Positions 40,107 through 50,004 of a stretch of 64,000 nt of DNA are shown here, piece by piece. Each line of letters begins with the position of its first letter. Position 1 is the stretch's first letter. The position numbers were made by a program, and so were the translations under genes. The notes under the pieces are model-generated. The model was not told where the DNA came from. It saw nothing but the letters and a program-made list of their open reading frames with translations, and did not search any database. Source of the DNA: an uncultured Actinomycetes bacterium (GTDB lineage Bacteria; Actinomycetota; Actinomycetes; Streptosporangiales; Streptosporangiaceae); the NCBI GenBank assembly GCA_963722275.1, contig CAVRMX010000040.1, forward strand, positions 50-64,049. The letters run 5' to 3'.

Positions 40107-42545
40107 ATGGGCTTCGTGGGTATCTTCGCCGCGGCCGGGCGGCTGTCCGTCCGCTTCCGCTGGGCCATCGTGCTCGCCTGGGTGGCCGGCGCGACCGCGG
40201 CGATGGCGCTGCTGCCGTCCCTGTCGGGCGTGACGCAGAGCGATAACACCTCGTTCCTGCCGGCCAGCGCGCCCAGCGAGCAGGCGGCCCGGCTGGCTTC
40301 GCCGCTGCAGGGGGCCACACTGACCGCGGTCACGGTGGTGGCCGCCCAGCCGGGCAGAACGCTGTCCGGCCCGGACCAGGCATTCGTCGCGCGGCTGGCG
40401 GGTTCGCTGTCCCGGGTCGCCAGGGTGGTCGCGGTGCGGGACGCCGGCCAGTCGGCCGACGGGCAGGCCGAGCAGCTCACGGTGCTGGCCGCGCTGGCCC
40501 AGTCCGGCGGCCTCGCCGCGTCCCAGCAGGCCACCCTGGTGACGGACGTGCGTGACGCGATCCGCGCGGCGGGGCCGCCGCCGGGGTTCTCGGTGCACAC
40601 GGCGGGCACGGTGGCCACCAGGGTGGACACCAACGCCACCTCGACCAAGACCGGCGGCCAGGTCCAGTGGTTCTCCATCATCTTCGTGATCGCGCTGCTC
40701 ATCGCGGTGTTCCGGTCGGCGCTGGCGCCGCTGATCGCGGTGCTGCCCGCGGTGGTGGTGGTGCTGGTCGCCGAGCGGCTCACCGCCGAGGCCGCGGTGC
40801 ACGGGCTGGGCGTGTCGCAGATCGCCTCGCTGCTGCTGATCGTGCTGGTGCTCGGCGCGGGCACGGACTACGCGCTGTTCCTGATGTTCCGGGTGCGGGA
40901 GGAGATGCGGGCCGGGCTGGGCTGCCACGAGGCGATCGTGCTCTCGGTGGCGCGGGTCGGCGAGACGATTACGTTCTCCGCGGGCATTCTCATCGCCGCG
41001 CTCCTGTCACTGGCCAGCGCCACCTTCAGCCTGTACTCGGGGCTGGCGGCGCCGCTGGCCATCGCGATCGGGCTGATGCTCATCGCCGGGCTCACCCTGC
41101 TGCCGGCGCTGCTCGCGATCTGCGGCCCGGTCGCGTTCTGGCCGTCCTCGGTCCGCCCGGGCACCGGGCGGGCCGGCTGGTGGGGGCCGGCCTGCTCGCG
41201 GATCGTACGGCGGCCGCTGGCGACGCTGGTCATCGGCCTCGTCGTCTTCTGCGCGCTCGCGGTGGCCTCGGCGGGCTACCTGGCCGCCGGGTTCGGCGGC
41301 GCGGTGACCGGGCCGGCGGGCAGCGACTCTGCGGCCGGTGACGCCCTGCTGAACAGGCACTTCCCGCAGACAGCGGCCAACCCGACGGTCATCGTGCTGC
41401 GCCTGCGGCAGCCCGCCTGGGCGGTCGCCGCTTCGGTGGCCGCCGCCGGGCGGCAGCTGACCGCCGACCCGGCGTTCACCTCGGTCTCGGGGCCGCTGAA
41501 CGCCAACGGGACGGCGCTGACCGCGGTCCAGTACGCCGCGCTGTACGCCGCCTACGGCCCGCCGCGGGCGATTCCGGCCGCGGCCGCGGCCCGGGTCCCG
41601 CGGGCGAAGCTGGCCGCGTACCAGTCCTACCGGGCCAGCGGCTCGTACGTGAGCGCGGACGGGCGCACGATCTCGTTCGCCGCTTCGCTCGCGGCGGGGA
41701 GCGCGACCAGTACCGCCGCGGCGCAGGCGGTGCCGGCCGTCCGGGCCGCGGCCGCCCGTGCGGCGCGGGCCGCCGGCGCCCCGGCCTCCGGGGTCACCGG
41801 GCAGGCGGCGTTCACCTACGACGTCGCCCAGCTGTCCGACAACGACCTGCGCACCGTCATCCCGATCGCCATCGCGGTCATCGCGGTGCTGCTCGCGCTG
41901 GTCATGCGGAGCCTGATCGCGCCGCTGTACCTGATCCTCTCGGTGGTGCTCTCCTACTTCTCCGCCCTCGGGCTGACCGTGCTGGTGTTCATCAAGGGCG
42001 CCGGCCAGCCGGGGCTGACGTTCATCCTGCCGTTCCTGCTGTTCATGTTCCTGCTGGCGCTGGGCGAGGACTACAACATCCTGGTCATGACGCGGATCAG
42101 GGAAGAGGCCCACCACCTGCCGCTGCGCGAGGCGGTGGGCCGGGCGCTCAGCGTCACCGGGACGACGGTGACCTCGGCGGGGCTGGTGCTGGCCGGGACG
42201 TTCGGGGTGCTGGCGATCGTGGGCTCGGGCAGCGCCGGGGCGCAGAACGTCCGGACGATCGTGGACGTGGGCGTCGGCCTCGCGCTCGGCGTACTGATGG
42301 ACACCTTCCTGGTCCGGACGCTGCTGGTGCCGTCGGCGGCGGTGCTGATCGGGCGGTGGAACTGGTGGCCGTCGGCGCTGGGCCGGGCGCGGCCGGCCAC
42401 CCAGCCGCCCGCCGGGGCCGGGGGCACCTCCTTTACAACACTCAAGTTATTACTTAAGATAGCGCCCGAGGGCTGCGGGGCCGGAGGCTACGGGGCCGGA
42501 GGCTACGGGGCCGGGGCTACGGGGCCGGGGGGCTCGCTGAGCTGA
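40107..42545 (+). CDS. MMPL/RND-family membrane transporter
   Basis: ATG 40107. Two blocks of about 6 hydrophobic helices are separated by soluble domains, with the motif GTDYALFLMFRVREE. The first 1.2 kb of track ORF 38916..42545 is antisense to uvrC and is rejected. The C-terminus carries GAGGY repeats. Confidence 0.85.
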   Translation: MGFVGIFAAAGRLSVRFRWAIVLAWVAGATAAMALLPSLSGVTQSDNTSFLPASAPSEQAARLASPLQGATLTAVTVVAAQPGRTLSGPDQAFVARLAGSLSRVARVVAVRDAGQSADGQAEQLTVLAALAQSGGLAASQQATLVTDVRDAIRAAGPPPGFSVHTAGTVATRVDTNATSTKTGGQVQWFSIIFVIALLIAVFRSALAPLIAVLPAVVVVLVAERLTAEAAVHGLGVSQIASLLLIVLVLGAGTDYALFLMFRVREEMRAGLGCHEAIVLSVARVGETITFSAGILIAALLSLASATFSLYSGLAAPLAIAIGLMLIAGLTLLPALLAICGPVAFWPSSVRPGTGRAGWWGPACSRIVRRPLATLVIGLVVFCALAVASAGYLAAGFGGAVTGPAGSDSAAGDALLNRHFPQTAANPTVIVLRLRQPAWAVAASVAAAGRQLTADPAFTSVSGPLNANGTALTAVQYAALYAAYGPPRAIPAAAAARVPRAKLAAYQSYRASGSYVSADGRTISFAASLAAGSATSTAAAQAVPAVRAAAARAARAAGAPASGVTGQAAFTYDVAQLSDNDLRTVIPIAIAVIAVLLALVMRSLIAPLYLILSVVLSYFSALGLTVLVFIKGAGQPGLTFILPFLLFMFLLALGEDYNILVMTRIREEAHHLPLREAVGRALSVTGTTVTSAGLVLAGTFGVLAIVGSGSAGAQNVRTIVDVGVGLALGVLMDTFLVRTLLVPSAAVLIGRWNWWPSALGRARPATQPPAGAGGTSFTTLKLLLKIAPEGCGAGGYGAGGYGAGATGPGGSLS
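42432..42460 (+). promoter_or_regulatory. candidate sigma-70-type promoter in an AT-rich island (TTTACA-N17-TAAGAT) upstream of the P450 gene
   Basis: A 35-nt AT-rich stretch (ctttacaacactcaagttattacttaagata) stands out in otherwise GC-rich sequence. It lies inside the last codons of the MMPL ORF, about 95 nt upstream of the P450 ATG. Confidence 0.3.
42477..42532. repeat. 15-bp tandem repeat (ggggccggaggctac), about 3.5 units
   Basis: Exact copies at 42477 and 42492, with a 14-nt variant at 42507. They encode GAGGYGAGGYGAG at the MMPL C-terminus. Confidence 0.9.
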
Positions 42546-42557
42546 CGAGGGGCACAC

Positions 42558-43763
42558 ATGGCCGCGCCGCATATGGCTGCCGAACACCTGGGCGCCGAGT
42601 ACTTCCAGGATCCCTATTCCGTGCACGCCAGGCTGCGGAAGCAGCGCCCGGTCACGGCCGTGATCATGCCAGGCGGGATGTCCGCGTGGCTGGTCACCGG
42701 GTACGCGGAGGCGCGCGCGGCGCTGGCCGATCCGCGGCTGGGCAAGCGCATGCCGGGCTGGGACCCGGAGCCGGACTCGATCTTCGCCGCCCTCGAAATG
42801 CACATGCTCAACAGCGACCCGCCGGACCACGAGCGACTGCGCAGGCTGGTGAACAAGGCCTTCACCGCGCGCCGCGTCGAACGCCTCAGGCCGCGGATCA
42901 CCGCGATCACGACGGGTCTGCTTGACGACATGTCGGCCCTCGGGAGCCGGCCCGAGGTGGACCTGCTCGCGTCGTTCGCGTTCCCGCTGCCGATCACGGT
43001 GATCTGCGAGCTGCTCGGCGTCCCGGTGGCCGACCGGGACGACTTCCGCACCTGGTCGGCCACCGCCGTCTCGGACACGGCCCCGCCCGAGCTGTCCCGT
43101 ATACACGCCGCCGCGCTGATCCGCTACTTCATGACCCTGCTGGCCGCCAAGCGGCGCGAGCCCGCCGACGATCTGCTGTCGGCCCTGATCACGGCCCGGG
43201 ACGACGGGGACAGGCTCAGCGAGAACGAGCTGGTGTCGATGGCCTTCCTGCTGCTGGTAGCCGGGCACGAGACCACCGTCAACCTGATCGCCGGCGGCGT
43301 GCTCGCGCTGCTGCTCAACCCGGCCGAGCTCGCCCGGCTGCGAGCCGACCCCTCGCTGATCGGCGGTGCGGTGGAGGAATTCCTCCGGTACGTGAGCCCG
43401 GTCAACAACGCGACGTTCCGGCACGCGGCCGAGACGCTCGAGATCGGCGGCGTGCGCATCGGCCGGGGCGACCTGGTGCTCGTGGCGCTGAGCGCGGCGA
43501 ACCGGGACCCGGCCCGGTTCGGCGGCCCGGAGCGGCTGGAACCCGGCCGGGACAGCTCGGGGCACCTGGCGTTCGGCCACGGCATCCACTACTGCCTGGG
43601 CGCGCCGCTGGCCCGGCTGGAGGCGGAGATCGCCTTCTCCGGCCTGCTGGCGAGGTTCGGCTCGATCCGGCTGGCGGTGCCGGCGAACACGTTGCGGTGG
43701 CGGCCGAGCACGCTCATCCACGGCCTCGAGGCGCTGCCCGTCCGGCTGGCCCCCGCCCCGTGA
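42558..43763 (+). CDS. cytochrome P450
   Basis: 401 aa. Heme-thiolate loop FGHGIHYCLGAPLARLE, the EEFLR (ExxR) motif and I-helix AGHETT. Confidence 0.9.
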   Translation: MAAPHMAAEHLGAEYFQDPYSVHARLRKQRPVTAVIMPGGMSAWLVTGYAEARAALADPRLGKRMPGWDPEPDSIFAALEMHMLNSDPPDHERLRRLVNKAFTARRVERLRPRITAITTGLLDDMSALGSRPEVDLLASFAFPLPITVICELLGVPVADRDDFRTWSATAVSDTAPPELSRIHAAALIRYFMTLLAAKRREPADDLLSALITARDDGDRLSENELVSMAFLLLVAGHETTVNLIAGGVLALLLNPAELARLRADPSLIGGAVEEFLRYVSPVNNATFRHAAETLEIGGVRIGRGDLVLVALSAANRDPARFGGPERLEPGRDSSGHLAFGHGIHYCLGAPLARLEAEIAFSGLLARFGSIRLAVPANTLRWRPSTLIHGLEALPVRLAPAP

Positions 43764-43825
43764 AACCGATTCCCGGCCCGTGACACCGCTTCCCCGATGG
43801 CGCCGGCCTGTGACAACATGCCCGG

Positions 43826-44599
43826 ATGGGAAGGTTGGCGGAGATCGCCCCCGGAGTGCTCGTCGGCACCAGCTCGTACGCCACCACCACGACCACCGTG
43901 GTGGCAGGCCCGGCCGGGACCTGCCTGCTCATCGACCCGGCCGTGACCGTGGCGGACCTGACCGCGCTGGCCGGTGAGCTAGCCGCCATGGGGCTGCGGC
44001 CGGCAGCGGGCTGGTCGACTCATCCGCACTGGGATCACGTGCTGTGGAGCCGGGAGCTCGGGGACGTGCCCAGGTACGCCGCGCCTGCCGCCATCACCCT
44101 CGCCGAGACCGAGCGGGACGGCATCCTCAACGGCGTCCGGCAATCCGCGCCCGGGCACGATCTCGAGCTGGTCGGGCGGATGCGGTCGCTGGACGATCCG
44201 GTCATCCCGTGGGAAGGGCCGGAGGCCCGGCTGATCGTGCACGACGGGCACGCGCCCGGGCACGGCGCCGTGTTCCTGCCGGACAGCGGCGTCCTGATCG
44301 CCGGGGACATGTGTTCTGACATAGAGATTCCGCTGCTGGACACCGTGGCCCCGGATCCGCTCGGCGACTACCGCGCCGGGCTGCAGCGGCTGGTGTCCGT
44401 GCCCGGCGTGCGTCAGGTGGTGCCCGGCCACGGCCACGTCGGGGACGCCGGCGAACTCCGCAGGCGGCTTGCCCTCGATGCCGCCTACCTGGACGCCGTG
44501 TCCGCGGGCCAGCCGTACGACGACCCGCGGCTGACGGCGGACAGCCCGAAGTGGATGCGGGTCATGCACGAGGAGCAGATGCGGTACTTCAAGGGTTAG
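43826..44599 (+). CDS. MBL-fold metallo-hydrolase
   Basis: 257 aa. HPHWDHV (HxHxDH) motif plus downstream His/Asp ligands (VHDGHAPGH, PGHGH). Confidence 0.8.
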   Translation: MGRLAEIAPGVLVGTSSYATTTTTVVAGPAGTCLLIDPAVTVADLTALAGELAAMGLRPAAGWSTHPHWDHVLWSRELGDVPRYAAPAAITLAETERDGILNGVRQSAPGHDLELVGRMRSLDDPVIPWEGPEARLIVHDGHAPGHGAVFLPDSGVLIAGDMCSDIEIPLLDTVAPDPLGDYRAGLQRLVSVPGVRQVVPGHGHVGDAGELRRRLALDAAYLDAVSAGQPYDDPRLTADSPKWMRVMHEEQMRYFKG

Positions 44600-44643
44600 C
44601 GCCTGGCCGCGGACGCAATCGGGAAGGACCTGGGCGGGTACCC

Positions 44644-44681
44644 GGACCGTTCGGGAAAAATCTGACTATCCCGAACGGTCC
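44644..44681. terminator. perfect 12-bp-stem hairpin between convergent genes (candidate bidirectional terminator)
   Basis: ggaccgttcggg (44644-55), a 14-nt A-rich loop, then cccgaacggtcc (44670-81). The right arm overlaps the last codons of the CocE-type gene. Confidence 0.5.
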
Positions 44682-46413
44682 GTGGTGCTACGTTCCGCCG
44701 CCGGCAGCAGCAGCGCCGATGGGTGTTCCGCGGCCAGGCTGATCTCGTACTGGGTGGTCACGAGATCCTCGGCGGCCGCGTCGAGGAGGCCGTTGCCCGG
44801 GTTGCGGGCGAAGCGCGGATGGGCTCCCCCGGCCACCTGGAGCCTGATCCGGTGCCCGCGGCCGAACCGGTGGGCCGCGCCGAACATGCTCACCCGCGTG
44901 GTTCCGGTCAGCGGGTCGGCCCCGGTGAGCCGCACGATGCCGTCGCAGATGTTCCGCGACCGGCCTTGCGGGTCCACGTCGCACAGCCGCACGAACAGGT
45001 CCGCGTACGGGTTGTCGCGGGTGGCGGCGAGCTCGGCCGCGACCTCGCCGATGACCTCGAGCGGCTCGTCCAGCGGATCGCTGCTGAACACCAGCACGTC
45101 CAGCCGGCGCTCCACGGCACGGTTGTCGCGGCTTCCCCCGGTCCGGGCCAGGATCGCGCCGCCCGGCGACGGCGTAGGGTCGGCCGGGTCATAGCGGAAG
45201 CTGGAGGCCGGCGCATCCGGGGACGGCTTCCCGGTGCTAAGCGAGCCGTGCGCGCCGAGGTACCAGCGCTGCTGCGTGGCGCCTGGCGGCGGCCAGCCGG
45301 GGATCTCGCGCCACTCCCCCGCGCCCTCGCCGCCCACCCAGATGCGTACCGAGTGGTCCGGGTGAGCGGCCCCGGCCGGGCCGGCCGGGGACCGGTCTTG
45401 CCTGGGCTGGCGTAACGGTCGAGCCAGGCGAGGCTCTCGACGACCGCGGCGCCGCCCTTGTTCGTCAGGTCCAGGTGAGCCCAAGGCCCGACCAGCAGCC
45501 GGGTAGGCACCTCCCGCGCGGCGAGCGTGCGGTACTGCTCGAGAGTCTGCTCGATGAACAAGTCGTGCCAGCCGCCCACCACCAGGACCGGGACCGTGAT
45601 CCGTTCCAGGGCGGCACCGCACTGCAGCGGCGCCCAGAACGGGTCGCTGAGCTGCGGGTGCTCCAGCCACCTCTCGGACGATGTCGGCTCGCGCCCGAGC
45701 AGGTCACGGACGCCCGCCTCGACCGGCAGCCGGTCGAGCACCGGGCGCAGCCGCCGTTCGGCCGTAGCCAGGCGCACGAGGGCTGGCAGCGCCCTGGTGC
45801 TCTCCTGGTGAGCGACCAGGTCGCTCCAGCTGACGTAGTTGTACAGGTCGAAGACACCGTGACGGTACGCGGTCCGGCTGAAGTCGTGCGGGCCTATGTG
45901 CACGATGGCCGCGACCAGCTCCGGCGGCGGGTCCATGGCCAGCGCCCACTGCACGAACCCGAGGTAGCTGGCGCCGTAGGTGGCTAGCCGTCCCTCGAAC
46001 CAGCTCTGCTCACGCAGCCAGGCGACGGTGTCCTGCCCGTCCGCGATCTCGTGGCGCATCGGCTCGAACTCCCCGCCGGACCCGAACGTACCGCGGCAGC
46101 TCTGCAGCAGCACGTGGTAGCCGCGTTCGGCGAGGATCTGCGCGTTCTGCAGGGCGAACGGGCCGCTGCGGCCGTACGGGCAGCGGACCAGCACGGTGGC
46201 CGCCGACGCCACGCTGACCGGCAGGTAGTGGTCGGCCAGCAGCACCGTGCCGTCGGACATCGGCACCTGGATGTCGCGCTCGACCGCAACCCGGTTCCGC
46301 TGCGGCGGCAGCGACCATGCCCGGGACAGCATCCTGCCGAACGCGGTCGCCCCAGGGCTCAGCGGGCGGGCCGTGACGGCCTTATGACCGCTCATCACGC
46401 TCTGCTGGCGCAT
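44666..46413 (-). pseudogene. CocE/NonD-family (X-Pro dipeptidyl-peptidase S15) hydrolase; frame break near 45365-45400
   Basis: The N-terminal alpha/beta-hydrolase part (GASYLGFVQW, GGWHDLF) is in ORF 44908..46413. The C-terminal beta-sandwich part (RIWVGGEGAGEWREIPGWPP...VLVFSSDPLDEPLEVIG...HRIRLQVAGG) is in ORF 44666..45670. The switch falls inside a ccggcc/gggg run. Confidence 0.8.
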
Positions 46414-48268
46414 CCGCCGTCCTTTCCGTTACGACGACCCCGGCCGGGACCGGCTGGGCGTAGAGCAGTTCGACCAGCGCCGCGCGGTTGGCGAGGACCT
46501 GCCGCTGGTTGACGTAACCCTTGTCGGTGATCTCGCCGTCGTCAAGGCCGGCCGGGCGGGCCATCACCAGCAGCCGCTCGATCCGGGCCGCGGAGCCCGC
46601 GGTGGCATTGTGCCCGGCCAGCGCGCGGGCGAGTTCCGCGCGGATGGTCTCGTCGGTGATCAGCTCACCTTCAGCGTGCGGTGGCCGGCCGAGGAACTTG
46701 CCCGCCTCGGCCGCGTTCAGCCAGGCCAGCGCGCACACCGCCCCGCGCTCCTCGCCCGCGATCACCGCGTCGGCCAGGAGCGGCGCGGCGGACAGCAGGG
46801 CCGTGCGGACCGCGCCGACCCGGACGAACGTGCCGGTGTCGAGCTTGAAGTCCTCCGCGATCCGGCCGCGGAACACCAGCCCGGCGTTCAGGTCGTCCGG
46901 ATCGGCCAGGCCGACGGCGTCGCCGGTGCGGTAGAAGCCCTGGGCGTCGAACGCGGCCGCGGTGAGATCCGGCCGGGCGAAGTACCCGGGGGTGACCATC
47001 GGGCCCTTCACCCGGATCTCGTACGCGCCCTCGACGGGGACCAGCTTGACCTCGGCGCCCGGCAACGGCACGCCGATGCAGCGGGCGTCGGCGAAGTCGA
47101 AGTGCGCGCTGGTCACCGCCGGGGCGGTCTCCGTCGCGCCCCAGGAGCCGGTGACCGGGACGGGATGCCCGGCCGTCTGCACGGCGAGGTCGCCCAGCCG
47201 CTGGCGCAGCGTGGCCGGCAGCGCCGCCGCGGCGTTGAACATCAGCCGCAGCCGGGAGAAGAAGCGGGCCGCGAACGCGGCGTCGGCTTCCAGGGCGGGC
47301 ACGAGCTGGGCGTACCCGGCGGGGACGTTGAAATAGATGGTCGGCCGGACCTCGGCCAGGTTGGCGATGCTCTGGGCGAACATCCCGGGCACGGGCCGGC
47401 CGCCGTCGACGTAGAGCGTGCCGCCCGCGGTGAGCGCCATGTTCACGTTGTGGTTGCCGCCGAACGTGTGGCTCCACGGCAGCCAGTCCACGATCACCGG
47501 CCGCTCGGTACGCAGGAACGGCCAGGCCTGCCGGATCATCTGCTGATTGGCGGCGAGCATCCGGTGGGTATTGAGCACTCCCTTCGGCGCGCCGGTGGAG
47601 CCGGAGGTGAACAAGATCTTCGCGACCGCGTCCCGGTCCGCGGCCGCGACGGCCGGGCCGGGCACGGTGGCCATGAGGTCCTCCAGCCGTTCCGCTCCCG
47701 GCCGGGCCCCGTCCCGCACGATGGCCGGCACCGCGCTGATCGCGTCCAGCGCCGCCGCGAACCGCTCCGCGTCACCGGCGAACACCGCTCCCGGGCGGAT
47801 CAGCCCGGTGATCGCCCTGATCCGGGCGTGGTCATGACTCTGCAGCGAGTACGCCACGCTGACCGGCGCGACCGGGACCCCGGCGGTCATGGCCCCGAGG
47901 GTGAGCAGCAGGTGGTCCACGCCGTTGCCGGACAGCACGAGCAGCGGCCGCCCGGGACCCAGCCCGCGCTCGAGCAGCGCCTGGCCGATGGCGTCCGCGG
48001 CGGCCACCGCCTCGCCGTAGCGGCAGATCCGCCATCCGCCGCCGGCGTCGCGCTCGGCCACCAGCGGATGGGCGGGATCGGCCGCGGCCCAGGCCCGCAC
48101 GCTGTCCATCACGGTCGCCGGGTAACCGGCCAGCGGTTCGGCCGAGCGGATGAGCAGGCTGCCGTCCTCGGCGCCGCCCTCGCCCACGGCGGCGGTCACG
48201 CTGGGCACCGCGAACAGCGGCGTTGTGATGCCGGTTTCCATGACCATAGCCCGGCCCTTCGACATCAC
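46382..48268 (-). CDS. AMP-dependent synthetase/ligase of the feruloyl-CoA-synthase-like class
   Basis: 628 aa. AMP-binding motif ILFTSGSTGAPKGV. The N-terminal region (LLIRSAEPLAGYP...WAAADPAHPLVAERDAGGGWR) resembles this ligase subfamily. The start codon is uncertain (MMSKGRAMVMETG). Confidence 0.75.
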   Translation of the reverse strand: MMSKGRAMVMETGITTPLFAVPSVTAAVGEGGAEDGSLLIRSAEPLAGYPATVMDSVRAWAAADPAHPLVAERDAGGGWRICRYGEAVAAADAIGQALLERGLGPGRPLLVLSGNGVDHLLLTLGAMTAGVPVAPVSVAYSLQSHDHARIRAITGLIRPGAVFAGDAERFAAALDAISAVPAIVRDGARPGAERLEDLMATVPGPAVAAADRDAVAKILFTSGSTGAPKGVLNTHRMLAANQQMIRQAWPFLRTERPVIVDWLPWSHTFGGNHNVNMALTAGGTLYVDGGRPVPGMFAQSIANLAEVRPTIYFNVPAGYAQLVPALEADAAFAARFFSRLRLMFNAAAALPATLRQRLGDLAVQTAGHPVPVTGSWGATETAPAVTSAHFDFADARCIGVPLPGAEVKLVPVEGAYEIRVKGPMVTPGYFARPDLTAAAFDAQGFYRTGDAVGLADPDDLNAGLVFRGRIAEDFKLDTGTFVRVGAVRTALLSAAPLLADAVIAGEERGAVCALAWLNAAEAGKFLGRPPHAEGELITDETIRAELARALAGHNATAGSAARIERLLVMARPAGLDDGEITDKGYVNQRQVLANRAALVELLYAQPVPAGVVVTERTADAPAERDERS

Positions 48269-48475
48269 CGGCTGGCCGTCAGGACGGCGCCCGCCCGGCC
48301 AGCCGAATATTCGACAAGAACACCATCACCCGACATCTCTTTGTAGCGCTTATAGCCGGCGTGGCGCAAGCGCTGACGTGACGCTGGTCGTCGCGGGCGG
48401 GCCGGGCCCGGAGCCATGCGGCCACAGCCGCGTCAGCCAGGGCCGGCTGGCGGACGCGGATCCGGGGAACCGCCG

Positions 48476-49882
48476 TCAGAGGGCGGAACTTCCGCCGTCG
48501 CCGGCGGCGCGGCTGGGCGCGGTCTCGAAGGCCGGCGTCAGGCCGTCGCCGGTGTCGTCGGCCGGGCTCTCGCCAGCCTGGGTCTCGCCTGCTGGCGTCT
48601 CGCCAGCCTGGGTCTCGCCCGCTGGCGTCTCGCCAGCCTGGGTCTCGCCTGCTGGCGTCTCGCTGGCGAGGTCGTCGAGCGGCGCGGCGTCCGAGCCGTA
48701 GGCGCCGCCCGGCAGGACCGTGGCCGCGGCGGCCGGATCAGGCGTGAAGAGCATCCACGCGCACGAGACGATCAGCGCGACGAGGAACCCGCAGTAGACC
48801 CAGAAGGCCAGCGTCATGCCGGAGCTGATCGTGAGCCCGAGCTGCGAGGCTTGCGCGGACGAGATGCCGAACTGGGCGGGCGAGGGCGTCTGGCCGGCCT
48901 GGACGAGAGCCGAGATGGCCTGGGCCGCCATCGGGATCGCGGCCCCGGCGAGCAGCACCGCCCCGTGCCGGACCGGGCGCCAGAGCGCGGCCACCACGAC
49001 CACCGCCGCGAACGCGACCATCACGGCGACGTCCCCGGCGATGACCAGTCCCGGGTTGGCGAAGGCGTTACCCAAGGTCACCGACTGCGACTGCCCGGCG
49101 GACGTGCGCAGCGTGAAGGTGTCCCAGGCCGGCGCGAACGCGGCGGCCACCCCCAGGCCGGCCAGCACCAGCATCACCATGGGACCGAGCGCGGATCCGC
49201 GCGGCCGCGCCAGCGGGCCCGGGTGACCCGGCTGGGCGTCCGGAGCCGGCGCGCTGGCCGGGCGGACACCGAACGCGACCACCGACCCCGCGGCGCAGGC
49301 CAGCCAGCCGAGGAGGGCGAGCACGAGCCCGGCGCCGCCGGCGTTCCCCGCCCCCGCGATGGCCGTGCCTGCGTCCGCGAAGAACAGGCCGAACGTAACC
49401 ACGCTCAGCCCCAGGCCGAGCAGCGCGCCGAGCCGCAGGCGGGCGCCGCCGAGGAGGATGAGCACGGCGCTCGCGGTCCAGACGGCCAGGTAGATGGCGT
49501 GCGGGACGAGCAGTTCGGCCTGCTGGGCGAGGCTGGAACCGCCGAGGTACGACGGGAAGAGCCCGGCGACCCCCAGCGCGACCCCGAGGCCGAGCAGCGC
49601 CGCCGCGGCGATCGCGGCGGCCTTCCCGCTGAGCGCCGGACGGCTCACCCGCGCGGCGCCGGAGCCAGCCGGCGCGGTGTGCCGGCCCACCGGGACGATC
49701 GTGCCAGGCGCCTCGATGCTCGCGAACCGGGTCCACGCGGCCGACCAGCCCTCGGGGGTCTCTGGCCACCGCTCGAGCGGCTGGGACCGCGGCGCTCCGG
49801 ACGTCCAGATGCCGTAGAAGTCCCAGCCCCGCCCGATCTCGTACTTGGCTCCGCGGTACGTGATGGTCACTTTGTCAAACAC
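48476..49882 (-). CDS. integral membrane protein with a small N-terminal soluble domain and an acidic repeat tail
   Basis: GTG 49882 with AGGAAAGG 8 nt upstream. VFDKVTITYRGAKYEIGRGWDFYGIW..., then about 10 hydrophobic segments and C-terminal (ETPAG/ETQAG)x6. The upstream 245 codons of track ORF 48476..50617 are rejected. Confidence 0.6.
   Translation of the reverse strand: MFDKVTITYRGAKYEIGRGWDFYGIWTSGAPRSQPLERWPETPEGWSAAWTRFASIEAPGTIVPVGRHTAPAGSGAARVSRPALSGKAAAIAAAALLGLGVALGVAGLFPSYLGGSSLAQQAELLVPHAIYLAVWTASAVLILLGGARLRLGALLGLGLSVVTFGLFFADAGTAIAGAGNAGGAGLVLALLGWLACAAGSVVAFGVRPASAPAPDAQPGHPGPLARPRGSALGPMVMLVLAGLGVAAAFAPAWDTFTLRTSAGQSQSVTLGNAFANPGLVIAGDVAVMVAFAAVVVVAALWRPVRHGAVLLAGAAIPMAAQAISALVQAGQTPSPAQFGISSAQASQLGLTISSGMTLAFWVYCGFLVALIVSCAWMLFTPDPAAAATVLPGGAYGSDAAPLDDLASETPAGETQAGETPAGETQAGETPAGETQAGESPADDTGDGLTPAFETAPSRAAGDGGSSAL
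48568..48661. repeat. 15/30-bp tandem repeat array (tctcgccagcctggg / tctcgcctgctggcg)
   Basis: Three near-identical 30-mers make six 15-mers. They encode ETPAGETQAG x3 on the minus strand. Confidence 0.9.
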
Positions 49883-50004
49883 GGTCCAAGCCTTTCCTGC
49901 CGCTGCCACAGCCGCCCCTCGCGTCCTGTCCGAACCTAGCCGAAACCATATGCAGCCGGCCTGTAGGCCGGCTGTGCGGTCTCTCAAGCATTCCTGACTC
50001 TTTG

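Noticed and set aside
49953-49974. Perfect 9-bp-stem hairpin cagccggcc-tgta-ggccggctg as a regulatory element of the membrane-protein gene.
   Set aside because: It lies about 70 nt upstream of the chosen start, next to the truncated epimerase remnant. It may be a leftover terminator of the lost upstream sequence. No further support.
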